Part shown: positions 1 to 9,528 of the stretch, piece after piece | Layout: each line of letters starts with the position of its first letter | How positions within the stretch are numbered: the stretch's first letter is position 1 | From: a virus | Taxonomy: Duplodnaviria; Caudoviricetes | IMG/VR virus record: IMGVR_UViG_3300033143_001582 | Span: 1 to 42,798 of that record | Length of the DNA: 42,798 nucleotides | Strand: one strand, 5' to 3' | Notes under the pieces: generated by a model | Seen by the model: the letters and a program-made list of their open reading frames with translations, nothing else | The model's database searches: none | What the model was told of the DNA's origin: nothing | Program-made: the position numbers and the translations under genes

Positions 1-627
1 AAGAAGAATAAAAGCGGTAAATGGTCATATCGAATGAGTCCCACTGCTGATGACAAAGCGTATGCTACAGATACACGCAAATTCAGCGATGGAACAGTTG
101 CAGATGGAATACACAATATCTTCGAAGATAGTCCTATTAGTGAACATCTAACAATGAAAGATATTTGTGTATACGCTCCAGGCGACCTAAATAAGATTGG
201 CAAGGAAGGCCGAACTTCTTGGGATAGTTTCTCTTATGCACTTATGATGGGCCATAATGTTTGGCATCACATCAACAGTGTGCAAGAAGCGAACCGCCAA
301 TTTGATAGTGGATGTATCCCTAAAATGTTAGTAGACGAGAACACTGGTGTCACAATAACAAATATAATAGACGCCGTGTTCTCAACAAACATATATGAAG
401 AACGCCTAGCAATACTTGATATGTATTCTAAGTTCTTCATGGGCATTTGCGGTGCGAGAGGTATGGGCGGCAAGAAAGCAATTAACGCCGCAGCATCTTT
501 TGACGCGATGTTTGATTTAGACGTAGGTGCCGCACAGCTTGAAGAAGAAGCACGTTTAATAATGAAACCAGTTAAAGCACAACCTAAGGTTGTTAACGAT
601 ACCGGTTTATTTGATTTTGGAAATTAA
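1..627 (+). CDS. TGT/DpdA-like guanine transglycosylase, C-terminal part (5' truncated by window)
   Basis: Frame is open from base 1. The YALMMGHNVWHH helix resembles the C-terminal HN motif of TGT-fold proteins. Lies in a folE/queD/queE neighbourhood. Confidence 0.6.
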   Translation, partial: KKNKSGKWSYRMSPTADDKAYATDTRKFSDGTVADGIHNIFEDSPISEHLTMKDICVYAPGDLNKIGKEGRTSWDSFSYALMMGHNVWHHINSVQEANRQFDSGCIPKMLVDENTGVTITNIIDAVFSTNIYEERLAILDMYSKFFMGICGARGMGGKKAINAAASFDAMFDLDVGAAQLEEEARLIMKPVKAQPKVVNDTGLFDFGN

Positions 628-628
628 G

Positions 629-886
629 ATGACAGCAGAACAAGTAATGGCACAAGGATGTTTAGATATATTTGATTGGTACTTTGTAGACTTTGCCAAT
701 AGTGCTCCAGGGTGTAACGAAGAACACCTCAAGGACATTTTACGCCAAGTGTCCGACGGCAAAATAACTGGCACAAAGGCAAATCGTTTCCTTGGATGGG
801 CGCAGGCTGTATTGTGCATGGAAGGCTACCTTACGTTAGACGAAGCTAGAAACATGAACAGACAAGCAATAGAGGAATCGAAATGA
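629..886 (+). CDS. hypothetical protein
   Basis: ATG 629 directly follows the upstream stop; ends in an ATGA overlap with the next gene. Confidence 0.7.
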   Translation: MTAEQVMAQGCLDIFDWYFVDFANSAPGCNEEHLKDILRQVSDGKITGTKANRFLGWAQAVLCMEGYLTLDEARNMNRQAIEESK

Positions 887-1416
887 AAAGAGAATACGAA
901 AATCAAGACCATAACGAAAACACAGACTTCTTTGTTGGCTACGAAGTTGAACATACCCCAGCATACCAGTTAAAGACTTTGTTTGTTGTTGGTGTTCAGC
1001 CTGTAGGTGAAATACTAAAACGTGCTAACTCTCTTAACTGCAAGGCAGTATACTTTGGTGCTAACATGAGTTTCGAACTTATAGGCGCTGACGAGTTTGA
1101 ACAATGGAAGCCATGGGAAGATATGATTAAGGGTGTACTCGATCACCCAGATGATTTTTGGTGTACACTTGATCTTGACGTTCGACACGTTGAAGGTTTA
1201 GCTGAATCTTGTTTAGCAGAACACCCAAACTTCATTCCGATGGTTAGTGTTAAGATTCCTTATGCTAGCCAACTTGGGTACAATGCAGTTGTTAAAATTG
1301 ACGACAAAGATTTCGAAGCTTCCAATCCAGGTGTATGGTGCCATAAGCTACATGACTTAATGGATCACACCAAGTACACAAATTGGAAGAAGTACAAAGA
1401 CGACAAAATCATCTAA
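883..1416 (+). CDS. hypothetical phage protein in deazaguanine cluster
   Basis: 177 aa ORF, GAGGA RBS, ATGA coupling. Confidence 0.75.
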   Translation: MKREYENQDHNENTDFFVGYEVEHTPAYQLKTLFVVGVQPVGEILKRANSLNCKAVYFGANMSFELIGADEFEQWKPWEDMIKGVLDHPDDFWCTLDLDVRHVEGLAESCLAEHPNFIPMVSVKIPYASQLGYNAVVKIDDKDFEASNPGVWCHKLHDLMDHTKYTNWKKYKDDKII

Positions 1417-1446
1417 CCAGAACATTAACACTTTACATTAAGAGTA

Positions 1447-1455
1447 TGCTATAAT
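1447..1455 (+). promoter_or_regulatory. extended -10 promoter (TGcTATAAT), probably leaderless transcript
   Basis: TGCTATAAT 1447-1455; ATG at 1461; no good -35 at canonical spacing. Confidence 0.5.
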
Positions 1456-1460
1456 TAATC

Positions 1461-1661
1461 ATGATTAGAACTACCCGAATGGTTACTGAAGTTAAGTGCA
1501 AGAACTGTAACATTGTGCAGTTACGTGGACAAACCTTTAACGGACAACGGTGTTGCAACGATTCACATCCTAGTATCATTTTAGGAGAACGTGAAATAGT
1601 AGAATACAAAAAAACTAACACAGAAGAAAAAGCAGAAGTAATACGAGAGATGAAGTTATAA
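1461..1661 (+). CDS. small Cys-rich hypothetical protein
   Basis: CKNC...CC motif; TAATG coupling to the next gene. Confidence 0.6.
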   Translation: MIRTTRMVTEVKCKNCNIVQLRGQTFNGQRCCNDSHPSIILGEREIVEYKKTNTEEKAEVIREMKL

Positions 1662-2077
1662 TGGACTCAGAACAAAGAATACAAGCAAAGTTTGATAAGG
1701 TTACGTACCGCAAGACGAGCGCAGGCAAAAGCATTTGGGTACGCTTTCAAAGAGAAGGCATACATGCATATCCGGCCGCAGCAACAGATCCAAACCTAGA
1801 AGACGTTAGCTTCCTTGCTAACGAACACAGACACATATTCCATTTTGAAGTACGTATTGCAGTACAGCATAACGACCGAGAAATTGAATTTATACAATTT
1901 AAACGATACTGTGAAGGATTGTTTAAAGAAGGAATTTTGCAGCTTGATAACAAGTCATGCGAAATGATTAGCGATGACTTATTCGAGAAAATCGCATCGA
2001 AGTATCCGGACCGTGAGGTTATCATTAGCGTAAGCGAAGATAACGAAAATGGTTCCACAACGCAATACACACTATAA
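1661..2077 (+). CDS. QueD-paralogue T-fold protein (DpdL-like)
   Basis: LANEHRHIF matches LxxxHRHxF; NDREIEFIQFK and C-terminal VSEDNENG; a separate canonical QueD exists at 12106. Confidence 0.65.
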   Translation: MDSEQRIQAKFDKVTYRKTSAGKSIWVRFQREGIHAYPAAATDPNLEDVSFLANEHRHIFHFEVRIAVQHNDREIEFIQFKRYCEGLFKEGILQLDNKSCEMISDDLFEKIASKYPDREVIISVSEDNENGSTTQYTL

Positions 2078-2102
2078 CAATAACCTTAAATAAGGAAACA
2101 CT

Positions 2103-2387
2103 ATGGCAAAGTCATATAACAAATCACGCAAGAATCCACGCACAGAACAGGTGTGGAAAGACCTAGAAGCATATAAGGCTTTCTGTGTAAGTCACGGATA
2201 TAAGTTTAACGAAGCAGACTTATATAATATGCGTACATATCCATTCCAGCAATTCAACAAATTCCGTAACGGTAAGAATTGCAAGAATCAATGGGAGTTT
2301 GATTTACGCAGATTCCACAGTAGACCATCAGGCAAGGGTGGTGGATACAAAGGCAAGAGGCATAGTGAAAAATCTAGGGCTAAGTAA
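2103..2387 (+). CDS. basic hypothetical protein
   Basis: AAGGA RBS; 94 aa. Confidence 0.7.
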   Translation: MAKSYNKSRKNPRTEQVWKDLEAYKAFCVSHGYKFNEADLYNMRTYPFQQFNKFRNGKNCKNQWEFDLRRFHSRPSGKGGGYKGKRHSEKSRAK

Positions 2388-3198
2388 AGATTCGTCCAAT
2401 ATTGTATTAATTACATACGCGCCAGGCACTGGCGGATTCTTTATGAATTATGTCCTTACTCATTTTCTTAAAGATACAGTAAAGTGGCAGAATGATCTTA
2501 GTCTAACAGACGATGGTTGCGCTCACGGAACATCACTATATGTTGAACCGTTTGGAATGATACAATACATACTAGCTAACGATAATGCTAAACAAGATGA
2601 TTTTGAATACGCGATAGACTTTAGAGAAGATGTGGATATTAATGACAAACTTGTTTTAATTATATGCGACATGGGTTACCACAATGATCGCACGGACCTA
2701 CTATTAAAACATTTTCCAAACTCTAAGATGTTAAGGGTTTATGCAGACGAGTTTATATACAAGACGATCGCGGTTATTAATCTAATGGAAAAGTTACCAA
2801 TACCACATCGTAAAAATTCTATAATGTACAAAGATGTTATGGATAAGGTAGTCGCTGAGGATATGGATCAATGTAATATCGATTACATGCAACATCCATT
2901 TCGTAATTCCACTGAGTGGCAACCAGGATTTTCTTGCCCAATTGAGCATGATCAAATTTGTAATATAAATTTCAAGTCGTTTTTTGCAATCGAAACATTC
3001 CTAGATGGGATTAATAAAATAGCAGAATTCCTTGGTACTACTATTATTAAAGAAAATGAACTAAAAGAAGTATATCACCATTATCACAGTTTGCAAAAGA
3101 ATTACGATTATGTTAATATACATAAAGACTCAATCATAACAGATAACGACGACCTATTAGGCCGAGCGTTGGTTAAATTTTATAAGGAAACACAATGA
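2365..3198 (+). CDS. hypothetical protein (possible sulfotransferase/P-loop-like N-terminus)
   Basis: GTG 2365 after GAGG; ITYAPGTGGFF Gly-rich loop after a hydrophobic strand. Function is tentative. Confidence 0.55.
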   Translation: MKNLGLSKDSSNIVLITYAPGTGGFFMNYVLTHFLKDTVKWQNDLSLTDDGCAHGTSLYVEPFGMIQYILANDNAKQDDFEYAIDFREDVDINDKLVLIICDMGYHNDRTDLLLKHFPNSKMLRVYADEFIYKTIAVINLMEKLPIPHRKNSIMYKDVMDKVVAEDMDQCNIDYMQHPFRNSTEWQPGFSCPIEHDQICNINFKSFFAIETFLDGINKIAEFLGTTIIKENELKEVYHHYHSLQKNYDYVNIHKDSIITDNDDLLGRALVKFYKETQ

Positions 3199-4364
3199 GA
3201 AAATTGATATACATGGGCCTAGAGAGCTACGAGGGCCGTTATACATTACAGTTACAAGATTGGAGCGAACGTGCCTTTAAGAAGCGCGGAACCGATTATG
3301 TAATTGTACCCGGTCAGGTCATTGACAATACAAAGTCCATTCAAGTAGGACAAGTTCTTGATGCTCATGGAAGATCGTTTTTTAGCATGTCACAAATGAT
3401 GAACTTAGTTCAAATGATGCGTAGCGGTGAAGTAACAGGCGAAGACGCAATCTTCTTTGAAGATATGTTTAGCCCAGGCTTTGAATCGTTGCCGTACATC
3501 ATGTGTCAGATTCCAGAAGAGCAACGCCCGCAGATATTTGTACGTTGTTTAGCACAAGCAGTTGACCCAGACGACTTTGTTCATGTATGGGGCATGAGTA
3601 AGTGGATGTCACTTTACGAAGCAATGGTAAACGAAACACCTAACGTTCATGTACTTGCAACAAACGAAGAAATGGTTGCACATATGAAGATTGCTAATTG
3701 GACTGCACCACTGTATAACATTAGTGGACTTGCGTTTGGTAAGGAAGAAGTACGTGAACGAGTACCACGTGTTGTGTGGAAGGATCGCAAACGCCGTGTA
3801 GTATTTGGCGCACGTTGGGATCAGGAGAAGCAACCAGACTTCTTTATGGACCTTATTGAAAAGGTACACGAGAAGGATCCAACTATTGAATTTGCTATTA
3901 TGCAAGGCGGACCTTTGCGTAGTAACAACGAAAAATATATTAACCGTGCCAGGGTAATGGAAGCACGTGGCCAACTGACCATACACGAAAATTTAAAGAA
4001 GAACGACTACTATTCTATAGTATCGGATAGTAGAGTGATGTTCAATTGTGCATTACAAGATTGGGTAAGCAATACAGTTAGTGAAGCAGACGCCTTAGGG
4101 TGTAACGTATTGTATCCAGCATACAGATCATTTCCTGAGACGTTTGCAAATGATGCTTCACGTTTATATGTGCCATGGAGCCTAGATGATGCAATGGATA
4201 AACTATTGTACCTAGTCGAACATGAGAATGATGAGATGGGTAAAATCAGTGATTGGACCAATGGTACTATCGATCGTTGCATTGACATTATGGAAGGCAA
4301 CGGCGAAGAATGGCGCAGAGATGATATGCGTTACAGAGACTACGTAGCGGAGAAGAAGTACTAA
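3195..4364 (+). CDS. GT-B fold glycosyltransferase
   Basis: 389 aa; ARWDQEKQP and NTVSEADALGC...YP..RSFPE resemble the GT4/Glycos_transf_1 C-domain. Confidence 0.75.
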   Translation: MRKLIYMGLESYEGRYTLQLQDWSERAFKKRGTDYVIVPGQVIDNTKSIQVGQVLDAHGRSFFSMSQMMNLVQMMRSGEVTGEDAIFFEDMFSPGFESLPYIMCQIPEEQRPQIFVRCLAQAVDPDDFVHVWGMSKWMSLYEAMVNETPNVHVLATNEEMVAHMKIANWTAPLYNISGLAFGKEEVRERVPRVVWKDRKRRVVFGARWDQEKQPDFFMDLIEKVHEKDPTIEFAIMQGGPLRSNNEKYINRARVMEARGQLTIHENLKKNDYYSIVSDSRVMFNCALQDWVSNTVSEADALGCNVLYPAYRSFPETFANDASRLYVPWSLDDAMDKLLYLVEHENDEMGKISDWTNGTIDRCIDIMEGNGEEWRRDDMRYRDYVAEKKY

Positions 4365-4669
4365 TGAAAATTAATATGGACTGGTACGGCCTTGTTCTAA
4401 AATCATATAATATCGAAGTTAATGACCTAGGCTATACCGAAGTAATATTTAAAATGAAAACACCGGCAGCATCAACTGAACCACAGCTTGATCTTTTATC
4501 GCGTGATATATCATTGTTAAATGCAATTAGAGCCAATGCTGACCCAGCAGTAAAGGATCAGTTTGAACAGTTGTTAACTACTATTGCCTTAACTAATAGC
4601 AGGAACGTTCCTGAAGTTAGAGATAGCATGGCTAAGGCAACTAGGGTTGACGAAGCCGTCGAAGGCTAA
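4364..4669 (+). CDS. hypothetical protein, paralogue family A
   Basis: C-terminal DPAVKDQFEQL motif. Confidence 0.7.
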   Translation: MKINMDWYGLVLKSYNIEVNDLGYTEVIFKMKTPAASTEPQLDLLSRDISLLNAIRANADPAVKDQFEQLLTTIALTNSRNVPEVRDSMAKATRVDEAVEG

Positions 4670-4680
4670 TGTGTTAACTT

Positions 4681-4956
4681 GTGAAAGACGCAAAGGGCAA
4701 GACGCTAACTCAAGAGCATTATGATGTGATGTATGATATGAAGACATACGTGGATTATTCATCCAGTATGCATCAGAGTGTGGTTGAAAAGGAATCACAC
4801 GGGTTTGAGATATACGGTAGTTTAACTAAAGACGTTGACTTTGATAATTTGCTAGAGTTTCTAAAACTGTTAAAGGTTGCTAAAGAATCAGATAACCCAG
4901 CAATTGCAGATGCTTTCGAACATTTAAAAATAGTTATAGGTGTAGCAGATGAATGA
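4681..4956 (+). CDS. hypothetical protein, paralogue family A
   Basis: C-terminal NPAIADAFEHL; start codon uncertain. Confidence 0.65.
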   Translation: MKDAKGKTLTQEHYDVMYDMKTYVDYSSSMHQSVVEKESHGFEIYGSLTKDVDFDNLLEFLKLLKVAKESDNPAIADAFEHLKIVIGVADE

Positions 4957-5233
4957 TAGAGATATAGCACTACTAAGAAAACTTGGTATTCATGTTAATA
5001 ACGTAGAATACACACCCGAGCATACTAGCTATCGCGGACTAGACGAAGCACACAAAAAAAATATACCAGTGCCGTTCACTGTATCTGGTTCGTTTACAGT
5101 AGACGAAAGCACATTTCGTCCAATGTGTCGTTTAATAGAATTGGTTGACCTTATATGCGAATCCAAAAACCCAACTGTTGAAAAGCAGTTTCATCACTTA
5201 ATTACATTATTGAACCTAACAAAAAATGGTTGA
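4949..5233 (+). CDS. hypothetical protein, paralogue family A
   Basis: C-terminal NPTVEKQFHHL. Confidence 0.7.
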   Translation: MNDRDIALLRKLGIHVNNVEYTPEHTSYRGLDEAHKKNIPVPFTVSGSFTVDESTFRPMCRLIELVDLICESKNPTVEKQFHHLITLLNLTKNG

Positions 5234-5642
5234 AGCTACAGTTATATGGCATAAGTTTCCAGAAGATCCTCCAAATTCCTTAGAATGGGGAAGATATCTG
5301 CGATATATGATTGCTCTCGACAGTGGTTATGTGTTAGAATGTTCTTGGCTTAACGGTGGTTGGCACGAGCGACATGACGGTTGCAGTGAGCGCACCAAAC
5401 AAGTAGAATGGTGGAGTGAAAAACCATCAGCACCGACGGAGAAAGAAAAGATGAGCAACACAATTGCAGCGGCAGAAATGCTAGAAGAAAAACTTCTAGA
5501 ATTAAGAAAACTTCTTAAAGCACAGAAGAAAATTGGTAAAAACTTAGCAGACGGTTCGCTGGATAATGTAATTCAAGCAACAAAGAATATTATAGAGCAG
5601 AACGAAAGAACACTAGATGAAATTAAAGTGACAGTAGCATGA
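5226..5642 (+). CDS. hypothetical protein (Trp-rich DUF551-like N-domain + coiled coil)
   Basis: WHKFPEDPP...VEWWSEKP pattern followed by a heptad-rich helix. Confidence 0.6.
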   Translation: MVEATVIWHKFPEDPPNSLEWGRYLRYMIALDSGYVLECSWLNGGWHERHDGCSERTKQVEWWSEKPSAPTEKEKMSNTIAAAEMLEEKLLELRKLLKAQKKIGKNLADGSLDNVIQATKNIIEQNERTLDEIKVTVA

Positions 5643-5694
5643 GCCCAGATTTTATACAAGGGCTTATAGTTGGAATAATATTAATGGTAATAAT

Positions 5695-6144
5695 ATGAAT
5701 AAATGGGATAAACGATTTTTAGAAATGGCTAAGTTAGTATCAACTTGGTCCAAGGATCCAAGCACACAAACAGGCGCGGTAATTGTACGACCTGACAAGA
5801 GTGTAGCTTCAGTTGGCTTCAATGGCTTTCCACGCAAGATGCCCGACACAGACGAATATTATAACAACAGAGAAGAAAAATACAGTCGTATTATACATTG
5901 CGAAATGAATGCAATGAACTTCTCCCACGACAATAGCATGGAAGGCTTTACATTGTATACATGGCCTTTCTTATCTTGTGACAGATGTTATGTACACATG
6001 ATCGCAGCAGGCATCACACGTTTCGTGGCACCTAAGACACCGCCCGCACTTGAAGAACGTTGGGGTGATGCATTCGCGCGTGTACGTGGATACGCATCTG
6101 AGAGCGATGGTATTACTATCGACGAGTTAGATTGGGATGAGTGA
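5695..6144 (+). CDS. dCMP deaminase
   Basis: WSKDPSTQTGAVI, GFNGFP, HCEMNA and SCDRC zinc-deaminase motifs. Confidence 0.92.
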   Translation: MNKWDKRFLEMAKLVSTWSKDPSTQTGAVIVRPDKSVASVGFNGFPRKMPDTDEYYNNREEKYSRIIHCEMNAMNFSHDNSMEGFTLYTWPFLSCDRCYVHMIAAGITRFVAPKTPPALEERWGDAFARVRGYASESDGITIDELDWDE

Positions 6145-6355
6145 AGAACATAAACAAATTGCCGCGCTAACATGCATGGACATTGATATACTCGCAAGGG
6201 TAGCAGAATCGGAGAAGTGGGACGCCGCAGAATTGCGCGAACTTATATTCCGTTTAAAGAAACAGAAAGACACCTTATTAACAGACCACACAATACGCGA
6301 AAGTAGATATAGTTCTGCTAGTACCGTATTTAATATAGCCAGGAGCAAATCATGA
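6137..6355 (+). CDS. hypothetical protein
   Basis: Overlap-coupled ORF in the operon. Confidence 0.6.
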   Translation: MSEEHKQIAALTCMDIDILARVAESEKWDAAELRELIFRLKKQKDTLLTDHTIRESRYSSASTVFNIARSKS

Positions 6356-7005
6356 AAAAAGATATTAGTGATTACAATAACCCATTTGAAGCTATTGACG
6401 AGTTTGAAAAAGCCTTAGCTGAATTTACTGGTGCAAAGGGTGTCGTGGTTACAGACAGTTGCACACATGCTATTGAGCTTGGGTTGCGTTATAACATGCC
6501 AAAGATGTATGCAACGCTTCCTGAACACACCTACCTTAGTATTCCAATGACATTGGAAAAACTTGGTATTGAATACATGTTTACAGAAGATAAATGGGAT
6601 GAAGGCTATCGCATTGAAGGCTCGATTGTATATGATTATGCAAGACACTTCGCAGAGGGTATGTTCGAAACAGATACTCCAGTACAAAAAAGAATTATGT
6701 GTTTGTCATTTGGTCACGGCAAGCCATTGGAAATAGGTCACGGTGGTGCAATCTTAACTAATGATAGAGAAGCATACGAGTGGCTTAAACGAGCAGTATA
6801 CGATGGACGCGATTTAACTATCAGTCCATGGGAAGACCAAAAAACGTTCGACGTTGGTTATCATTACATGATGCGTCCTGAGGATGCAGTTATTGGCTTA
6901 AACAAATTAGCAAATGGGGAGATAACCGACCTAGGCGGAAAGGGGTACAAGAATTATCCCGACCTTCGTGAAATAACGATAAATAAAGCTGTTACACAAA
7001 GGTAA
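6352..7005 (+). CDS. DegT/DnrJ/EryC1/StrS-family PLP aminotransferase (short form)
   Basis: FEKALAEFTGA..VVVTDSCTHAIEL and LSFGHGKPLEIGHGGAIL; only 217 aa. Confidence 0.85.
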   Translation: MKKDISDYNNPFEAIDEFEKALAEFTGAKGVVVTDSCTHAIELGLRYNMPKMYATLPEHTYLSIPMTLEKLGIEYMFTEDKWDEGYRIEGSIVYDYARHFAEGMFETDTPVQKRIMCLSFGHGKPLEIGHGGAILTNDREAYEWLKRAVYDGRDLTISPWEDQKTFDVGYHYMMRPEDAVIGLNKLANGEITDLGGKGYKNYPDLREITINKAVTQR

Positions 7006-7014
7006 CCAAACTTG

Positions 7015-7044
7015 TTGACATTACGGTGTCAATTCAATTATAAT
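7015..7044 (+). promoter_or_regulatory. sigma70-type promoter for folE
   Basis: TTGACA 7015-7020, 18 bp spacer, TATAAT 7039-7044. Confidence 0.75.
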
Positions 7045-7068
7045 ATCCGTGTTAGGAAGGAGAGAAGA

Positions 7069-7749
7069 TTGTCATATAATAAAACAAAAACAGACCCTGA
7101 TCTGGGCAAAAAAGTACAAGCACATTTAGAAAAAGTTGGAGTTCAAACACCAATGAAAAGCAGCGGGTTAAGCCGCTCTGATAAAATTGCAGTAATCGAG
7201 AAACACTTTTACGACATTATGCGAGCATTAGATTTAGATCTTAATGACGACAGTCTAATAGACACACCAAAGCGTCTTGCAAAGATGTATGTCAACGAAG
7301 TATTTTGGGGACTTGATCCAGAAGCATTTCCAAAGTGTACAGCAGTTGACAACAAAATGCACTACGATGAAATGGTAGTTGAACGCAATGTTAACGTTCA
7401 ATCGAACTGTGAACATCACTTTGTTGTTATCGACGGCATGGCCACTGTTGGTTACATTCCAAACAAAAAAGTAATAGGGTTAAGTAAAATTAACCGCGTA
7501 GTAGAATATTTTAGTAAGCGACCACAAATACAAGAACGTCTTACTGAGCAAATCTATCACGCACTTTCACATATACTTGGCACAACGAATGTTGCAGTTG
7601 TCATCGACGCACAGCATTTCTGTGTTAAATCTCGCGGCGTCGAAGATGTAGGCAGTAGCACAGTCACTAGTAAATTGGGTGGTGTGTTTAAATCGGATCC
7701 TGCAACTAAAGCAGAGTTTATGTCTATATTCCATAACAATAAGTGCTGA
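7069..7749 (+). CDS. folE: GTP cyclohydrolase I
   Basis: DTPKRLAKM, SNCEHHF, GLSKINR, RPQIQERLT, HFCVKSRGV; TTG start 7069 after AGGAG. Confidence 0.96.
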   Translation: MSYNKTKTDPDLGKKVQAHLEKVGVQTPMKSSGLSRSDKIAVIEKHFYDIMRALDLDLNDDSLIDTPKRLAKMYVNEVFWGLDPEAFPKCTAVDNKMHYDEMVVERNVNVQSNCEHHFVVIDGMATVGYIPNKKVIGLSKINRVVEYFSKRPQIQERLTEQIYHALSHILGTTNVAVVIDAQHFCVKSRGVEDVGSSTVTSKLGGVFKSDPATKAEFMSIFHNNKC

Positions 7750-7756
7750 GGTAAGT

Positions 7757-8158
7757 GTGCCCAAAGAAACTAAAAAGCCGCTAGGTCCTCTTGCAAGTTG
7801 GGCGAAAGCCAACGCGAATAAAGGACTTTCATTAGAAACAAGAAAGTTGCAGAACTCAATTAACGACTACAACGGTATCACAGCAAACTCAGCTAACATG
7901 ACGGTTAGTCAGCCGTACGAAATTGCATCCTACAATGGTGAGGATACAATGAAGGTTAATGGTAACTTAGTCATTGAAGATGGTACCGGCGAGGTTACTG
8001 ACATTGGCGACTTTGTTAAAACAATGAAAGACCGTATGCTTATACTACAACCGAACTTTGAAGCACACGAAAAGTATCCTGCATTAAAAGATGCATACGA
8101 TCAATATAAAATGATGGAGAAGCTAATGATGGAGGCTAATAATGATAAAGACAATTAA
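7757..8158 (+). CDS. hypothetical protein (C-terminal motif related to family A)
   Basis: GTG 7757 after GAGGT; EKYPALKDAYDQY. Confidence 0.7.
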   Translation: MPKETKKPLGPLASWAKANANKGLSLETRKLQNSINDYNGITANSANMTVSQPYEIASYNGEDTMKVNGNLVIEDGTGEVTDIGDFVKTMKDRMLILQPNFEAHEKYPALKDAYDQYKMMEKLMMEANNDKDN

Positions 8159-8351
8159 AATATTTTTTCAATGTAAAGTTATGAAGTCTCATAACTGGAC
8201 TTGCGCCTCTGACGAGGGCATCCTTGCAACAGAAAAACAATTGCATAATACCAAGGAAGGCTTCTGGGATTATGCTAAGATGTATTGCAAAGACTGTGGT
8301 CATATTGACGAAGGTTCGCAAAGGTTGATGGATGAAAATAAAGGAAAGTAA
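8142..8351 (+). CDS. small Cys/His hypothetical protein
   Basis: C...HNW...CKDCG; GGAGG RBS. Confidence 0.6.
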   Translation: MIKTIKIFFQCKVMKSHNWTCASDEGILATEKQLHNTKEGFWDYAKMYCKDCGHIDEGSQRLMDENKGK

Positions 8352-8973
8352 AGATAATATTGTTCTGTTTGTTGCAGATAATCAATATGAGCTTGCCTCA
8401 ACGTTTCTTCGTATACAAGAATTCTACGAGTCTCCGGAGTTTAAGCATACAGTTTTTGACTTGGAAGAATATATGGATTGGTATGCAAGTGAGTTCGGCA
8501 ACTTTACGTACTACACAGATTGGAATGGATTTAATGTACCCGGCGACATGGTACGAAACTTCTTTGAACACTTCGGTGATCAGTTAAGCAGAAAAGAACA
8601 AGTCTTATATGAAATGTTACAGAAATATATTGAAGGCGATGAGAAATTTTATGTAATTGGCGTATGGAAAGACACTACAGTTCAACACGAGTTTAGTCAT
8701 GCATTTTTCTATGTTGATCCAGGATACAAGAAAGAAATGCTTGCTCTGTTAAAAAATGTGCCTAAGGAATTTAAACATCACTGCCATAAAGTTCTACAGG
8801 AAGATGGGTATCACCCAACTGTTTTTCATGATGAATCTGTTGCATACATGTCTACAAATACAATGCCAGAATTCGCAGATATGTTCAAAACTGATATCCC
8901 GTGGACAGAAATCTTACCATTACAACTAGCATTTGAAAAACGATACGAGAAACACAACGATGAGAAAAGCTAA
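8332..8973 (+). CDS. hypothetical protein with HExxH motif
   Basis: QHEFSHA plus downstream DE; possible zincin. Confidence 0.65.
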   Translation: MKIKESKDNIVLFVADNQYELASTFLRIQEFYESPEFKHTVFDLEEYMDWYASEFGNFTYYTDWNGFNVPGDMVRNFFEHFGDQLSRKEQVLYEMLQKYIEGDEKFYVIGVWKDTTVQHEFSHAFFYVDPGYKKEMLALLKNVPKEFKHHCHKVLQEDGYHPTVFHDESVAYMSTNTMPEFADMFKTDIPWTEILPLQLAFEKRYEKHNDEKS

Positions 8974-9328
8974 GTTCTATCTGTATCGTAATTTACATAC
9001 AGGCGGGTTCTCTGTAAAGCACAAGGGTTTGGTTTGTGCCCGTGGCGATATCTTTATTATGGACAACGTTGAATTTCGAGTTAGCGAGCCTGGAAGCAAC
9101 AGGGCAAAACGCGAACAACAGCGCAACGTACACGCCTACATGGTAGCAGACAGTTATAAGAAACCGGCTAAAGTATTCTCCAAAATGGACTTCAAAGCAC
9201 TTGGCAAACTACACAGAATAACGTATAATCCATATAAGCATGACACATTTGTTGATGCTGAGACCGAAGAACCAATTACTGACGCAAAATATGCGATTGC
9301 TATTTTGGGTAAGGTATATATTAAATGA
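8960..9328 (+). CDS. phage hypothetical protein
   Basis: YRNLH..FSVK, RNVHAY and TYNPYK motifs; ATG 8960. Confidence 0.7.
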   Translation: MRKAKFYLYRNLHTGGFSVKHKGLVCARGDIFIMDNVEFRVSEPGSNRAKREQQRNVHAYMVADSYKKPAKVFSKMDFKALGKLHRITYNPYKHDTFVDAETEEPITDAKYAIAILGKVYIK

Positions 9329-9528
9329 AACAGTTTATTAAATGGTTGAACAAACCATTGCCAGAAGGTGTATGTTGGGCAATGGGTGGCCCAGCACCTT
9401 GCAAGATGTGTTGGATTAATGTTATAGTAATTGCATCTGTTATAACATTAGCGGTTATATTTACCCCTGACCTCAAAACACAAAAAATGAATTGTACTCC
9501 AGTAGAAGAAATAAGTTCGGGTAGCTGA
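9325..9528 (+). CDS. small membrane protein
   Basis: One hydrophobic segment; the last codons overlap the tRNA 5' end. Confidence 0.55.
   Translation: MKQFIKWLNKPLPEGVCWAMGGPAPCKMCWINVIVIASVITLAVIFTPDLKTQKMNCTPVEEISSGS

Noticed and set aside
4669-4683. ATG TGT TAA in frame with ORF 4681 as another stop-gated gene
   Set aside because: The stop is ochre, not amber; only four codons are involved and an in-frame GTG follows immediately.
7012-7068. N-terminal extensions in the ORF track (folE 7012, also 28919-29317, 29615, 30067, 33374)
   Set aside because: The extensions overlap promoters or neighbouring genes; downstream starts with an SD or promoter-proximal position fit better.
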